64,000 nt of DNA from Camelus dromedarius (lineage: Eukaryota). Where the stretch lies: NCBI RefSeq assembly GCF_036321535.1, contig NC_087447.1:33358001-33422000 (forward strand), read 5' to 3'. Below the pieces are notes generated by a model, which searched no databases, was not told the origin of the DNA, and worked only from the letters and a program-made list of their open reading frames with translations. A program made the position numbers and the translations under genes. Shown here in pieces: positions 40,601 through 53,707 of the stretch. Numbering within the stretch: the stretch's first letter is position 1; the number at the start of each line of letters is the position of its first letter.

Positions 40601-42933
40601 ATCCATTGTGTTAAACCTTTAAGCTTAATTGAAAAATCACTACTGAGCTCCTTGAAACAAGGTCTCAAAATTAAATCTGTTACAAGCTGAAATGCCACTC
40701 CATTTGCTTGATTTACATAAATAGATTTGTCAAAGATTTAAACAGAAGTAATCAAGAAATTGCCCATCTCCTTCATCTCCTCCTCCTGAGCTTGGAGGCA
40801 GAATGTGGGTACAGCCCAGGTGGGCTGCTAGAGCAGGACAGAGCCTGACCCTATCACTAGGTACCTGGCGCTGCGTGACCGCAGCGTCAAGGCCACGTGG
40901 GAGAACTTCCAGAGTAAGCCAGGGGACTGGCGGTCTCTTGCAGATCACTTAGGGAGGCGGCAAGGGGACAGCTTCCCTGTACCTCCTCCACCTTGACGAA
41001 GTGTGGGTTTGCCAGAATGTCGGGCTTCTTTAAGAGGGCTCATCTGTACCCTGACCTTCTGTCATCAGAAGCTGCTGCATGCAAGCTGCTCTCCTGATTC
41101 GTCCTGAATCAAACAAAGGCAGTTATTCTCAAGCACCCCCTACCTTGAAAGGAGAAAAGGAAGAGCACGCCCTTGCGGGCACACCCCTGAGCTGATCTGG
41201 TGTCTGCATCTGTTTGGTTTGATGTGATGTCGGCTACGACCTCCTGTCCAGCTCATGCCCTGGGTTTCCTCTCCAGGGGGGTTCCATGGCTTCCACCACG
41301 ACCCAAGTGTGAAGACTTTCTGCGGCTTTCCAAGGCCTCCTGGCATCCAGCTCTAGACCAGGGCCCTGACAGCAACTCTCACGGAAACTCTATAAGAGTA
41401 AAGTTCATCATTTTACATATGGGGAGTCCCTGGACTCATTCCAGGCTGCAAACATTCAAGGAAGTGATAAAAATGAGATTCAACATGAGATCAGTCCGAC
41501 TCCAAAGCCCATTTTCTATCTACACCATGATCTATACGACAAATGCCTACTTTAATCATAGCTGCTGGGCAACTCAAACCAAACCGCCAAACCCATCAGC
41601 TAAATCTTGCCATGATAGGCTTATTTAACTAAAGGCAAAGCCTGAATCCACACGGATTCAGTGCCACAGAATTCTCTTTGCACACAGGAACCACGTTTGT
41701 CTTCTGGTTTGGCTTCTCTCTCCAGACTCCAACTCCTGCCCTCTGCCAAGGGATGAATTACACTCAGCTTCCACCAAGGTGGAAGACTAGGTACGCTAAG
41801 AGACTTCATTCATCAAACGAACTAAAATGCTGGATAAAATACACAAATAAAAGCTTTCAAAGATCATCACAGAGCTGACACAAAAGGAAGAAAGCCACAG
41901 GGGCCAGAACCAACTGACAGCCAGGGATCCAGGGAGGCGAGTGAGCACCACAGCCAACGTCCACGCCGAAGATGTCTGCCGAACAGGGAGCCTCGTGCTC
42001 CCCACCTTGAGGGGCTGCACAGTAGGGCTGGGGAGAGCAGATCGAGTACAGGGTCCACCCAAGATGGGACGTCTTAAAGGAAACACCTACATAAAGGTGG
42101 GGCCCCAAAGGTCGGTACCCTCAGCTTAAAAGTGGGAAACGAGGCTTGTACCAGGCACAGAAGGAAGACCTTCCTGTTCAGATCGTGGCAGTGGCTGGAG
42201 GGAAATATTTGCCTTGGGAATTCTTAAAGAATTCTCTGCTGTGAATTCACCTGACTATCCTAGGCTTGCTGTCTGATTCTGAGTAGTCTCTGTGATCCGC
42301 AAACCCTTCAGGAGATATTGCAATAGGAGTGGCCCCCGCGTGATCCTGGCAGAAGCACACACGATGTGAACCCAGGACTCAGAAAATGCCCACATCTGTG
42401 TAAGGAAAGCAAACAGTTGTAACCAGAAGGGTGAGTTATGAGGCCTTGTTCCTGCCCTGACTTTCTTCCTTCAAAAGGAAGAGCTATGTTGACGTTTCAT
42501 TCCCAACAGGAACCATCTGAACACACACTCCTCTTTTCCTCTAGTCTTATGTGCTCCTCCTTCTCACTGAAATCGCCATCCTCCTTCTGGTAGCACGCAC
42601 CTCCCTCTCTCCATCAGTCATTCCTTCTTCACAGCTTTCGGTTCTCTTTCTAGTCCTCTCTCCTCCAACCATGAGCTTTCCCAGTCGTGAGCCTACTTTC
42701 AGAATCTAAGCCTGAGTCCCAGCTTTGCCAGGTCCTTTTCTTGGGAAAAGTTACATCACTGTCTTGGAACTCAGTCTTCTCACCTGGACAGTGGGCTCCT
42801 AAACCCAGCTCAGAGGACTGTTATAAGAATTAAAGTGACAGCTAATATAAAAAGTTTAAGCATTGTAACTAACACATAGCGATGACTCAATATAGATCAC
42901 CTAGTCTGAGTATCTTTCCAGCTTATTCAAGAG

Positions 42934-43825
42934 CAGGGGTTGACAAACTAAGGCCCGTGGACCAAATCTGGCCCACCACTTATTTTTGTATGGCCTGTGG
43001 GCTAAGAACAATTTTTACATTTTTCAATGGCTATGTGTTATTTTATTTTTTGTTGAAGTATAGCTGATGTACAATAGTACATAAGTTACAAGTGTACAAA
43101 ATAGTGATGCACAATTTTTAAAGCTTACACTCCACTTACAGTTTTTATAAAATATTGACTATATTCCCTGTGTTGTACAATATATCCTTGTCGCTTATTT
43201 TACACGTAAGTTTGTACCTCTTAATCTCCTATCTTGCCCCTCCCACTTCCCTCTCCCTACTAATAACCACTAATTTGGGGCTGAGAAGTATTTCACTGTG
43301 TGTGTATTTTCTTTGTCAACTTATCTGTTGATGGACACTTGGGTTGCTTTCATATTTTGGCAATTATGATGCTGCTACGAACATTGGGATACATGTATCC
43401 TTTTGAATTAGTGGTTTTGGGGTTTTTTTTTGGATAAATACCCAGGAGTGGAATTGCTGGGTCATAAGGCAGTTCTATTTTTAGTTTTTTAGGTCACCTC
43501 CATACTGTTTTCCACAGTGGCTGCACACATTTACATTCCCACCAACAGTGTTCACGGATCCCCTTTTATCCTCATCCTCACCAACATTTGTTACTTGTGG
43601 TCTTTTTGATGATAGCCATTCTGATAGGTGTGAGGTGACATCTCATTGTGGTTTTGATTTGCATTGCCCTGCTGATCAGCGATGTTGAGCATCTTTTTGT
43701 GTACTTTAAATAATCACACTGAATTGAAATAAGTAAATACACCATAATCTCAATTTTGCTTCTTGAGCTACAAAGACTAAAATTTACTAGCTGACCCTTT
43801 ATAAGGAAAAGTGTGCCAACTCACT
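42934..43825 (+). mobile_element. hAT-Charlie MITE (MER58B-like), split by the L1 at 43036-43702
   Basis: Left end caggggttgacaaactaaggcccgtggaccaaatctggccc; right end ctgaccctttataaggaaaagtgtgccaactcact; flanks ttcaagag / ttctagat resemble a diverged 8-bp hAT TSD. Confidence 0.75.
43036..43702 (-). mobile_element. L1 3' end nested in a MER58-type element
   Basis: ttgttgaagtatagctgatgtacaa...cccaggagtggaattgctgggtcat...tacattcccaccaacagtg...gatgttgagcatctttt. Confidence 0.9.
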
Positions 43826-45497
43826 TTCTAGATTATCACAGAGTCCAAATGCTGCAGTGAAAATGGAAGTGCTCAGTTTTTTAATTATAATTCTTTTCAT
43901 GATTTGGAAGAAACAGACTTATAAATCTTCCGAAGTGCCGGCGGAGGGGAGGTGGTGGTTAGAAGGTGGATTAAACCATTTTCGGCTTGCAACTCCCCCC
44001 AATTAAGTATCTTCTGCCTCCCAGATGCCCATTTTACATAATAGTGTTTTGAGGACAGAGCTCAGTGTAGCTCCTGGATAATGCACGGCTAAAAAGAGGA
44101 AATGACTTTCTTGCAACAGGGAAGAATGAGAAAGGGCACCCTCTGAGCCGGGAGATGGAGAACCGCAATCCCCTAAGGCTGAGTGGCATGTTTCTTGTTC
44201 CAAAAATTGAGTAGCGAGCTAAAATATAATTAACAGCATTGAGATCAAGCTGCTCCAGACCATATGAAATAAAAGCCTGTATGCGCCACAAGCTGGGAAG
44301 GCAGATCACTGCCTGCGTTTCACATTTCCACTGCACTCTGCAGTCAAAAGCTCTCAAGTCTCACTTTTAGTTTCTCTCTTTACCAAAGGGTGCTGTCTCT
44401 CCTTTCCAGACAAAAGGGGACTTGATCAAAAACCTAGTCTGAAACAGAAATATTATCTTCAACAGCACAATCTCTGGAACCAGAGGACCGCCCTACCTCC
44501 CCATCAATTTTTTTCCACGTGTTGTGGCTGATAACAGAGTGGTCAGAGCCGCAGGTGGAAAAGGATTAATGGATCATTTTCACTGTTATTAAAATTCTTC
44601 CTTTTGCAGAGTGCAATGTCTCTGAGGCCCCACGGAATTCTTTCTTCGCCCTAGGCCAGAACTCACGTCCACGACTGACTGGTATCGTAACAACGGCTTT
44701 GGCCACATTTTCTATTTATTCAGTACCTTTCTCCACAAGGCTCACGGCTTTCCACTTTCAATCTAAACTCTGTGAATCTATATTAAAGCCTCTAGTTGCT
44801 TACATTTTTGGCTCTGCAACTCAGTATGCCTGTCTCTGGGGTAGAAATCATGTCCTCTTCATCATCGCTGCCTCCTATGTGCCTAACACAGTGCCTGGCA
44901 AAGAGCAGGGCCTTAGAAGATGCTTATTAAGAGGATGATGGAGAGGAGGGGAAGATGCAGGACTGGACAACTGAAGGTGCTGAAAGGCAAACTTTGCCTC
45001 CTTCACTATTTAACTCAGGACCAGTCCTGAAGTGAATCATACGTTAGAAATGCGATATAATGCCTTCCTGTGACACTAATCTGTTCCTAACAATAGCTAT
45101 TTTGCCCCTTCTGATTACTGGCAATTATTCTTGTATCCAAAATACTTTAGCCTATAAGCAGCAGTGGCTCTGACCATCTATCATCTTTCAAGTGTTACTA
45201 GTTTAATAGCCAATGGGCAAATTCCTTTTCCACTCCCAGGACATCTATAGTGATATATATTGCCTTTTTCTTCCAGACATTTTTCCAGGAAACACTTTGA
45301 TATAGCCTAATAGTATCAAAGACAGAAATGGTTACGTTTGCTATAGGTTGTCCTATTTCAAGTAAGAATAAACCATTTTTATAGTAACACACTGCAGATG
45401 CCAAACCTAAAAGTGTTTCCATTATAGCACATCACTCTAGATTCCAGATAAGATGGAGAAAGAAATGAAACATCACAAGTGAAATTTAGATACCTAC

Positions 45498-45580
45498 TTT
45501 TGCAGTCATCTTGGCCAAAAGCTCTTGTAAATCCATTATTCCTTGCACCAGGCTTAAGAAATCACTGCAAGTTGGGCAAG
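45498..45580 (-). CDS. NELL1: NELL1 coding exon (exon 7 equivalent), coiled-coil region
   Basis: 83 nt; (T)CPTCSDFLSLVQGIMDLQELLAKMTAK. Acceptor ttttctttattgag, donor gtaggt; phase 1 to 0. Confidence 0.97.
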
Positions 45581-46225
45581 CTCAATAAAGAAAACATAAA
45601 ACAAATGTTGATACTGTGCTAACACAAGAAAAAAAATTAAGCAAGGTTGTTTGGCTATGGAGAAGGGGTTTTCTGCTTTTCTGGTTAGGTACTGCTTCAA
45701 AAGTGGAGCAAATTCACAAGAGGATTTTAGATCTAGATCTTTTCCTTTTATTAAAAAGCAAAAAGAAAGGAACAAGAAAAAAGTACTTTAACTGAAAAGA
45801 AGGGCAGTATGTTTTTAATTTCAAAACATTATTAAATTTAAATTAAACCCTGATTTTTATTGGGACTGAAGAATTGTGAATTATCACAGAAGAGGAAAAA
45901 GTAAACCCATATCCAAGTCAAGAAGTTCAAAAAATACTTTATATTCATATACAGCTATAATTATGTCAGACTTTGTGTCAGTCTACAGACCCCAAAACTG
46001 CTCATGTAAACTTTCTCTTACCTTCAAATTCTACAAATATGTAAGTTTTTTCAAAATCCAAAGACACAGAAGCATACAGCTTACATAAGATCTCTCACTA
46101 TCCCCACCACCTCGTAAGCCAACAGTGTGAACAGTCTGTGTATATCCTTCCCAACATGCTTATTTGATATTACCAAGCAGTTTTAAAATATTACTAATTC
46201 ACAAACGCTTTAAGTTGCTACTTAC

Positions 46226-46298
46226 TGCGGTTCAGGTTCGGACACTGTGTTATGTATCCATTTGGCATAAAGATGATTTTCCCATCTTGGATAGTCCC
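46226..46298 (-). CDS. NELL1: NELL1 coding exon (human exon 6 equivalent), end of LamG/TSPN domain
   Basis: 73 nt; translates GTIQDGKIIFMPNGYITQCPNLNR(T), matching recalled NELL1 GIIQDGKIIFMPNGYITQCPNLN. Acceptor ctctcttctgttatcaag, donor gtaagt; phase 0 to 1. Confidence 0.97.
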
Positions 46299-47918
46299 CT
46301 TGATAACAGAAGAGAGGGTTGGCAATCAGTATTACAGTTACCAGTTCAAATGGCTCCCATCACATGCTCTCGGCAGGGAAGTTGGGGTTTTTTCGTTTGT
46401 TTGTTTGTTTGTTTGTTTTTTAAACAAGTCTGATGTCTTCATTCAGAAAGTGAGTTGGCCTTTGTCCACACTGACCTACTCCGAACCATCCTTCTCTGGA
46501 AATCTTTAAAGGTCCATTCATCTTGAGAAAGCTATGATTAGTTACCACTGGTTTATGCTAATAATATCATAGCTCTAAGGATCCATCAGCCAGCGTTCTA
46601 AAACTTTCCAACTAAAAAGGCATTGATGCAATAAAAATTCTCCCCAATGGCCTAGTCATCCTGGAACATTAAATTCTGCTGATTTACAGGATATTTTTTA
46701 AGCGGGAAAAAGACAATAGAAACATATTAGACTAAAATGTTTTATTGATTCATTTAGTCAAGGAAATAAAATTAGACCAGGGGAAAATTCCATAACAACC
46801 CTGCTCTCAACTGAGTGACTCTGCTCTCTTTGCTGCTGAGTCTTAAGACTTGCTCAGCATCTCACTGAATAAAAGACGGTCTTTTAATTCTCCAACTTAG
46901 TCTGGAAGAACAGCTCTCATTTTAAAAAGTCACTGGGGCTGCCATCTCACAATGAAAATATTGACTTGGCTCTTCAATTGTTCCAGCTGAATTTCAAGAT
47001 TCTGTTTTTAGGGAATTTTTTTTTTCCTGGTTTGATGGAAGAGATATTACAGAACAGATGGACGATGTAGACGCTGGTTTAGAATACTGAGCTTCAACTA
47101 TAAATAAAATATGATGGTGCTGCAAGTCTTTCAGAGGGAGTAACATTTAACATTGATGTCTTCTAAACAGAAGGTAACCAGCAAATGCTACTGCTGCTTA
47201 TTATTTCAAGATAAAATATTAATTGGAAATATTAATAGAAACAACAGGATCACAAGGCCACTTCCTCGGAATGAGATACCTTTATTATTAACCTTTTCCT
47301 CTTTAAAGATGACACAGGGTTTGTGATTATTGGAGGAGACAGTCTCACTATAGGGAGGAAGTCCCTGCCAGGGCTCCTTCGAAATGAATCTGTCATCTCT
47401 TGAAGGGGAATTCCAGGGAGCTATTGATAGAGCACAATCTAAATCAATCAGCTTCTTCCTGGTACAAAGTTACTTGGCTTCTCAAAGAAAATTAACTCCC
47501 CTGAGAGGCCAGGGCACCTTTCAAGCATATTTGAGGAAAGCATGGGGTTGGGAGTCAGGGGACTGGGGTGCAGGTTCTGGATCTATTTCTAGCTAACTGG
47601 GTGGACATAAACAGTCAGTCAGTTACCAATTCCAAGCCTCAGTTGCTTCATCCAGAAAAAGAGTTACGCAGAAGCTGAAGTGCTGTGTGCAAAAGCTAAA
47701 GAACCCTCCAGCACTCAAGTGCTGGGTCAACTGAACAGGTGTCTAAACTCAAATGGTCACAACTTAGACCTCTGAGCTTTTGCTACCACTCAAGATAAAG
47801 GAAACAAAGCAATCAAGAGCAAAGCTGTAGGTTTCCATCAAAGAACAGAGCATCAGAGCTGACTAAATATCCCATTAGAAAGTATCTGTCTAATGAGGCT
47901 GGATATGGAAAAACTTCA

Positions 47919-48009
47919 GAGTGACCAACTACTGTTGGCCCAGGATTTAAAAATCTCAGTGCTAAAACTGAGAGACTTCCAGGCAAACCAGGAGAGTCGG
48001 TCACCACAG
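47919..48009. mobile_element. Small hAT-Blackjack MITE (MER94-like)
   Basis: Inverted ends gtgaccaact ... agtcggtcac around cagtgctaaaactg. Confidence 0.6.
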
Positions 48010-48756
48010 GTGATGTGAAAGTGGCAAAAGCACACCAACCAGGAAAGGATCGGCTCCATCTGTCCCCTGTTGGTCAGAAGACCCTAAATCACTCTTACCA
48101 GCCATGGAAAGGGCCCTCAAGAAACCTGGAGTACATTTGTCATGGTATTAACTGCCTTTGCAAAAACAAATGGAAAGTGCATTTGAAAAGGATATCCCAT
48201 CCACTCATCCTGTAGCAACATATATAATACACAGCAGTATTCCTTTTGCTTTTTATTTAAAATGACTGATTTTGTCACATTATAAATGACTAACTGCCTC
48301 TCCCACACCTTTCTTCGACCTGCCTCCCTCCTCACTTATCTCTTTCCACTTTAATCTCCAGCACACACGTATGTGTTACACAGATCACAATTGAAGGTCA
48401 ATGATGCTGACCTGAACCAAAAGGGAAGTGAGCGCTGACAGCTTCTCAATCCCCATTAACACAAAAACTCAAGGCACTTGATATTTTTTTCTGAAAAATA
48501 GGGCATGAGGGTCAGCCCACATACTGGCATAAAAACTTGCTCTCTTCCACTGAATCAAGATGGGAATGCTAATTGATTTAAATGGTTGTAATTCCATACT
48601 GGATCCAAAGAAGGCTGGCAGTATATTACACAAAGACTAACTGCAACCCGAAGCAGTCTGAGTATGTGCTTGTAGCTGTAAATACATACCCGTGTATGTA
48701 TCTCAGCACCTTCCCACAAGAACCAGAAGATCTTGCATTGAATCGCCACATGAACT

Positions 48757-48980
48757 AGAGTCATCCCTCAGTATCTGGAGGGTAGTGGTTCCAGGGCCCC
48801 CCATCCCCCACTCCCCCCGTAGGCACAAAAATCCATGGATGCTCAAGTCCTTTACAGAAAGCGGCACAGGACAGTCAGCCCTTGGCATACGCAGGCTTGG
48901 CATTTGTAGAGTCAACCAACTGTGCATCGAAATTGGTTGACTCCTTGGATGTGGGACCTGCATACAGAGGGCCAACTATA
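48757..48980. mobile_element. TcMar-Tigger MITE (MER2/Tigger3-like)
   Basis: agtcatccctcagtatc...aaaatccatggatgctcaagtcc...catacagagggccaactata. Confidence 0.7.
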
Positions 48981-50224
48981 CTTAGCGTCCGGACATTTGT
49001 CAATGAGAGAAGCATTTACTAAGCATGTGGTTTTCTTTAGAAAACTTCAAAATGGAATTTTATAAAGTATAAAACTGCAAACAACAAAGAAACTCGGTCG
49101 GCCTGATTTTTCCCAGAAGAATCATCTCTGAGGACTTCTATAGATGAAAATGTACCTTAGAGCATGGCAACTTCTCCCCAGAGAAAAGGTGAAATAGGGG
49201 ATAAAAAAGACACAATTTCTATTATTTCTCCTCCTTTAACTTTAAATGAATCTACATTTAACTGAAGAAAAAAAAAAAAAAGAAACTCTGGCTGGTCCTA
49301 ATACTAGCAGACCTCATTCAATCTCATTTTTTCAGGCCTATGCTTTATTTCACATCATTCACCATGGTGGTGTTTCTCCAACTTCCAGTTTCTTAAAGAA
49401 TCACTGATAGGGACCCCACAGTCAGGCAAGGCAGGCAGGGGAAGGAGGAATTCAAAACAAAGAACTGGAGAAGAACTTGAAGGCCTAGAAACCAGATGTT
49501 CTGGGGCCCTGGGTTACATCCCCTTTCTCTTTTCCTTCCCATGTACAAACAAGGCATTTCTAGATATGACAGAGCATGCGCACTTGAGAGCTGGCAAAAC
49601 TCCAAGGGGTGGGGTGGGGGGCATGAAAAAAAGCCCTCACAGCCACCTGCAGATGCAGCTCCATCATTGTCCACAGAGGTCCCGTCACTCCGAGCTGTTA
49701 AAAACCTGCCGGGTGCTGTGACTGCAGCGTCCCCTGTAAGCTCTTGCACTGAGGACGGTGGGTCGTTGACCCCGTACCCACAATAATCACCTCGAATATT
49801 TGTTTACCATTCAGATTACTGGATCAGCACCCAGATTCTGTTTCAGTAGGGCTGGAGTAGGCCCAGGAGTCTTCATTTTTAAAAGCTGTCCCAGATGGTT
49901 CTCAAGAAAGATCAAAGGGCCCCACCTTAAAAACCCCTGCCCTGTTGTTCATCATTTGGTTTTTCTGGAGCAAGAGGGTTTACTCATTAAAAGTCCACAG
50001 AGGTGAAAACAACATCAACATCCAACACACAAACAGAGTCAAATCTCACTGATTTGGAACTGAAAGGTGACCAAATGAATGGCTGAGTTAGAAATACCAT
50101 GAAGGCCAAAAATCACAGGTTTTCACCTCAGTATCCCCTGTAGTTCCTACTAAAGCATAGTTCACAGCATAGGCACAATCAATACCTTACACGCATCAAA
50201 TTCCTAAAAACTGAATTATACAAT

Positions 50225-50769
50225 CATAAGAGAGCAAAATTTACTGCTTGAAATGCCTCCCTGGCATATAGATTATTTACACCTGAAAATAACCAAGGTC
50301 CAAAAGACTCAGGAAGAAACTTTGATCTTTCTTCAACTGCCTAAAAGAATTTAGACCAAGGGCAGGTTCCCAGAGCAGAGGTATCATCAGAGCTACCTGC
50401 AAAGAATATCTGCTAGGTGTGCTGAGGGAAACTTAGAGATCAGAGTCCACTCTGCACCCCACTGTCTCTGCAGGACTCAGCAAACATTTATCTACCAAAC
50501 ATTTACTTTTCCATCTCCATGTGAATTCCCTTCCTCCCCTTTGAAGTCCCAAACAGCAACCCCTACACACTCTTTTGTCTTTAGCTGAAAATGGTATTTA
50601 AGGTGAAGGTTTTGGCCGTTTTGGTGAGCTACGCAGTTTTCCTGGGTCTCTGTCACGTATACACGATGTTAAACTTTTGTTTGAGTTTCTATTAATTGTT
50701 CTTATGTCAATTTAATCCTAAGAAGAAGAACCTAGAAGGGGAGAAGAAACTTTCTTCCTCCCTGATACA
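50225..50769 (+). mobile_element. Older ERV1-type solo LTR (MER34/MER39-like)
   Basis: Start resembles recalled MER34-group LTRs (tgcctccctggcatatagattattt...gactcaggaagaaactttga). End resembles their U5 (ttatgtcaatttaat...gaacctagaagggg...ttcctccctgataca). Termini and TSD are ambiguous. Confidence 0.65.
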
Positions 50770-50815
50770 ATACTGAGTTATAATTTTCAAAGCTATTAAG
50801 AGTCTGAGAAAATCA

Positions 50816-53707
50816 GGCAACAAATTGAACAACCTGGAAGAAATGGACAAGTTTCTAGAAACATACAGTCCACCAAAACTGTACCAAGAAGAAATAGATC
50901 ATCGAACAGACCAATCACTAGAAGTGAAATAGAATCAGCAACAAAAAAACCTCTCTGCAAACAAAAGGCCAGAACCAGATGGCTTTACTGGGGAATTCTA
51001 TGGAACATACAAAGAAGAACTCAAACCAATCCTTCTCAAACTCTTTCAAAAGACTGAAGAGAAGGGAATATTCCCAAACTCATTTTATGAAGCCACTATC
51101 ACCCTGATACCAAAACCAAAAAAGAAAATTACAGGCCAATATCACTGATGAACATAGATGCAAAAATCTTCAACAAAATATTAGCAAACAGAGTCCAACA
51201 ACACATTAGAAAAATCATACACCATGATCAAGATGGATTCATCCAGGAGACACAGGGATGGTTGAACATACACAAAATCAATCAATGTGATACATATCAA
51301 CAAAAGGACAAAAATCAATAGATGCAGAAAAAGCATTTGATAAAATTCAACACCCATTTATGATAAAAACTCACCAAACTGGGTATAGAGGGAACATATC
51401 TCAACACAATAAAAGCTATTTATGACAAACCTACAGCCAGCATAATACTCAACAGTGAGAAGCTAAAAGCCTTTCCACTAAAATCTGGAGCAGGACAAGG
51501 ATGCCCACTCTCATCATTTCTATTCAATATAGTATTGGAAGTCCTAGCCATAGCAATAGGACAAGAAAAAGAAATAAAAGGAATCCAAATTGGAAAAGAG
51601 GTAAAACTGTCACCATATACGGATGACATGATACTATACACAGAAAACCTGATACTATACACAGAAAACCCTAAAGGCTTCACACAAAAACTACTATAGC
51701 TAATAAAAGAATTCAGCAAGGAGCAGGATACAAGATTAACATGCAGAAATCAGTTGCATTTCTTTACATTAACAATGAAATATCAGAAAAGAAAAGTAAA
51801 GAAACAATCCCTTTTAAAGTTGCATCCAAAAAAATAAAATACTTGGGAATAAATCTGACCAAGGAAGTGAAAGATTTATACACGGAGAACTACAAAACAT
51901 TGATTAAGGAAATTAGAGATGACTTAAAGAAATGGAAAGATATCCCATGTTCTTGGACTGGAAGAATTAATATTGTTAAAATGGCCATACTACCAAAGCA
52001 ATCTATAGATTTAATGCCATCCCTATCACATAACCAGGACATTTTTCACAGAACTAGAACACAGAAGCCTAAACTTTACATGGAATCACAAAAGGCCCTG
52101 AATTGCCAAAACAATACTGAAGAAAAAGAATGAAGCTGGAGGAATAACCCTCCTAGACTTCAGACAATACTACAGCACTACAGTAATCAAAAAAGAAGCA
52201 TGGTATTGGTACAAAAAAACCCAGACATATGGATCAGTGGAACAGAATAGAGAGCCCAGAAATAACCCCATAGACTTATGGTCAATTAATCTTTAACAAA
52301 GGAGGCAAGAATACACAATGAAAAAACAAGAGTCTCTTCAGCAAACGGTTTTGGGAAAACTGGACAGCTGCATGTGAATCGATGAAGCTAGAACACTCCC
52401 TCACACGATACACAAAAATAAAATGGCTAAAAGATAAACATAAGACAAGAAATGACAAACTTCTTAGAAGAAAACTTAGGCAAACATATCTGACATAAAT
52501 CTTAGCAACATTCTCCTAGGGCAGGGAAATAGAAATATTCTCACAGGCAATAAAAATAAAGCAAAAATAAACTAATGGGACCTAATTAAACATAAGCTTT
52601 CACACAGCAAAGGAAACCATAAGCAAAACAAAAAGACAAGAAACAGAATGGGAGGAAATATTTGCAAGTGATGTGACTGACAAGGGCTTAATTTCCAGAA
52701 TATATAAACAGCTCATACAACTTAACAACAACAACAACAACAACAACAGTAAAAATCCAAAAATGGGCAGAAGACCTAAACAAACAATTCTGCAATAAAG
52801 ACATACAAATGGCCAACAGGCACATGAAAAAATGCTCTATATTGCTAATTATCAGAGAAATGCAAATCAAAACTACAATGAAGTATCACTTCACATCAGT
52901 CAGAATGGCCACCATTCAAAAGTCCATGAACAACATATGCTGGAAAGGGTGTGGGAAAAAGGGAATGCTCCTATACTGCTGGTGGGAATGTAGTTTGGTG
53001 CAGCCAATAGGGAAAATACACTATAGAGATTCCTCAAAATACTAAAAATAGACTTACCATATGATCCAGCAATCCCAGTCCTAGGCATATATCAAGGGAA
53101 CTTTAATTCAAAAACGTGCACCCCAATGTTCATAGCAGCTCTGTATACAATATCCAAGACATGGAAACAACCTCACTGTCCATCGACAGATGACTGGACA
53201 AAGAAGTTGCAGTGTATTTGTACAATGGAATACTACACAGCCATAAAAAAGAATAAAATAACGCCATTTACAGCAACATGGATGGACCTGGAAACTGTCA
53301 TTCTAAGTGAAGTAAGCCAGAAAGAGAAAGAAAAATACTAGATGATACCACTCATATGTGAAATCTTAAAAAAAAAAAAAATACAAATGAACATATTTAC
53401 AAAACAGAAACAGACTTACATAGAAAACAAACTTATGGTTACCGGGGGAAAAGGGGTGAGAAGGGATAAATTAGGAGTTTGAAATTTACAAATACTAACT
53501 ACTATATATAAAATAGACAACAAATTTGTTCTCTTTAGCCCAGGGAACTATATTCAGTATCTTGTAATAACCTATTAATGAAAAAGAATATGAAAAGGAA
53601 TATATGTATATGTATGACTGAAACGTTATGCTGTATACCAGAAATTGACACAAGATTCTAAATTATACTTCAATTAAAAAAGAAATGAAAAATAAATAAA
53701 TAAATTG
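50816..53707 (+). mobile_element. 5'-truncated LINE-1 (decayed ORF2 RT and C-terminal region, 3' UTR, A-rich tail), antisense to NELL1
   Basis: ORF2-like peptides [78 protein letters not shown] in several frames; RT motif YTDDMILY near 51616-51639; exact flanking repeat GAGTCTGAGAAAATCA at 50800-50815 and 53708-53723. Confidence 0.96.
52724..52748. repeat. (AAC)n microsatellite inside the L1
   Basis: About 8 AAC units seen directly. Confidence 0.95.

Noticed and set aside
41023..41037. Reading frame encoding GFFKR (integrin-alpha cytoplasmic motif), preceded by KCGF
   Set aside because: No upstream transmembrane segment, splice context or other integrin similarity; a short chance match.
41790..42420. 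CpG-richer stretch with overlapping ORFs on both strands, as a hidden gene
   Set aside because: It begins with an L1M/HAL1 5'-end-like phrase (aactaaaatgctggataaaata), and the ORFs are short with no domain; most likely an old LINE 5' region.
51741..53341. L1 ORF2-like ORFs as an active or domesticated reverse transcriptase
   Set aside because: Fragmented across frames, 5'-truncated (no ORF1, endonuclease or promoter), and the catalytic motif is altered.
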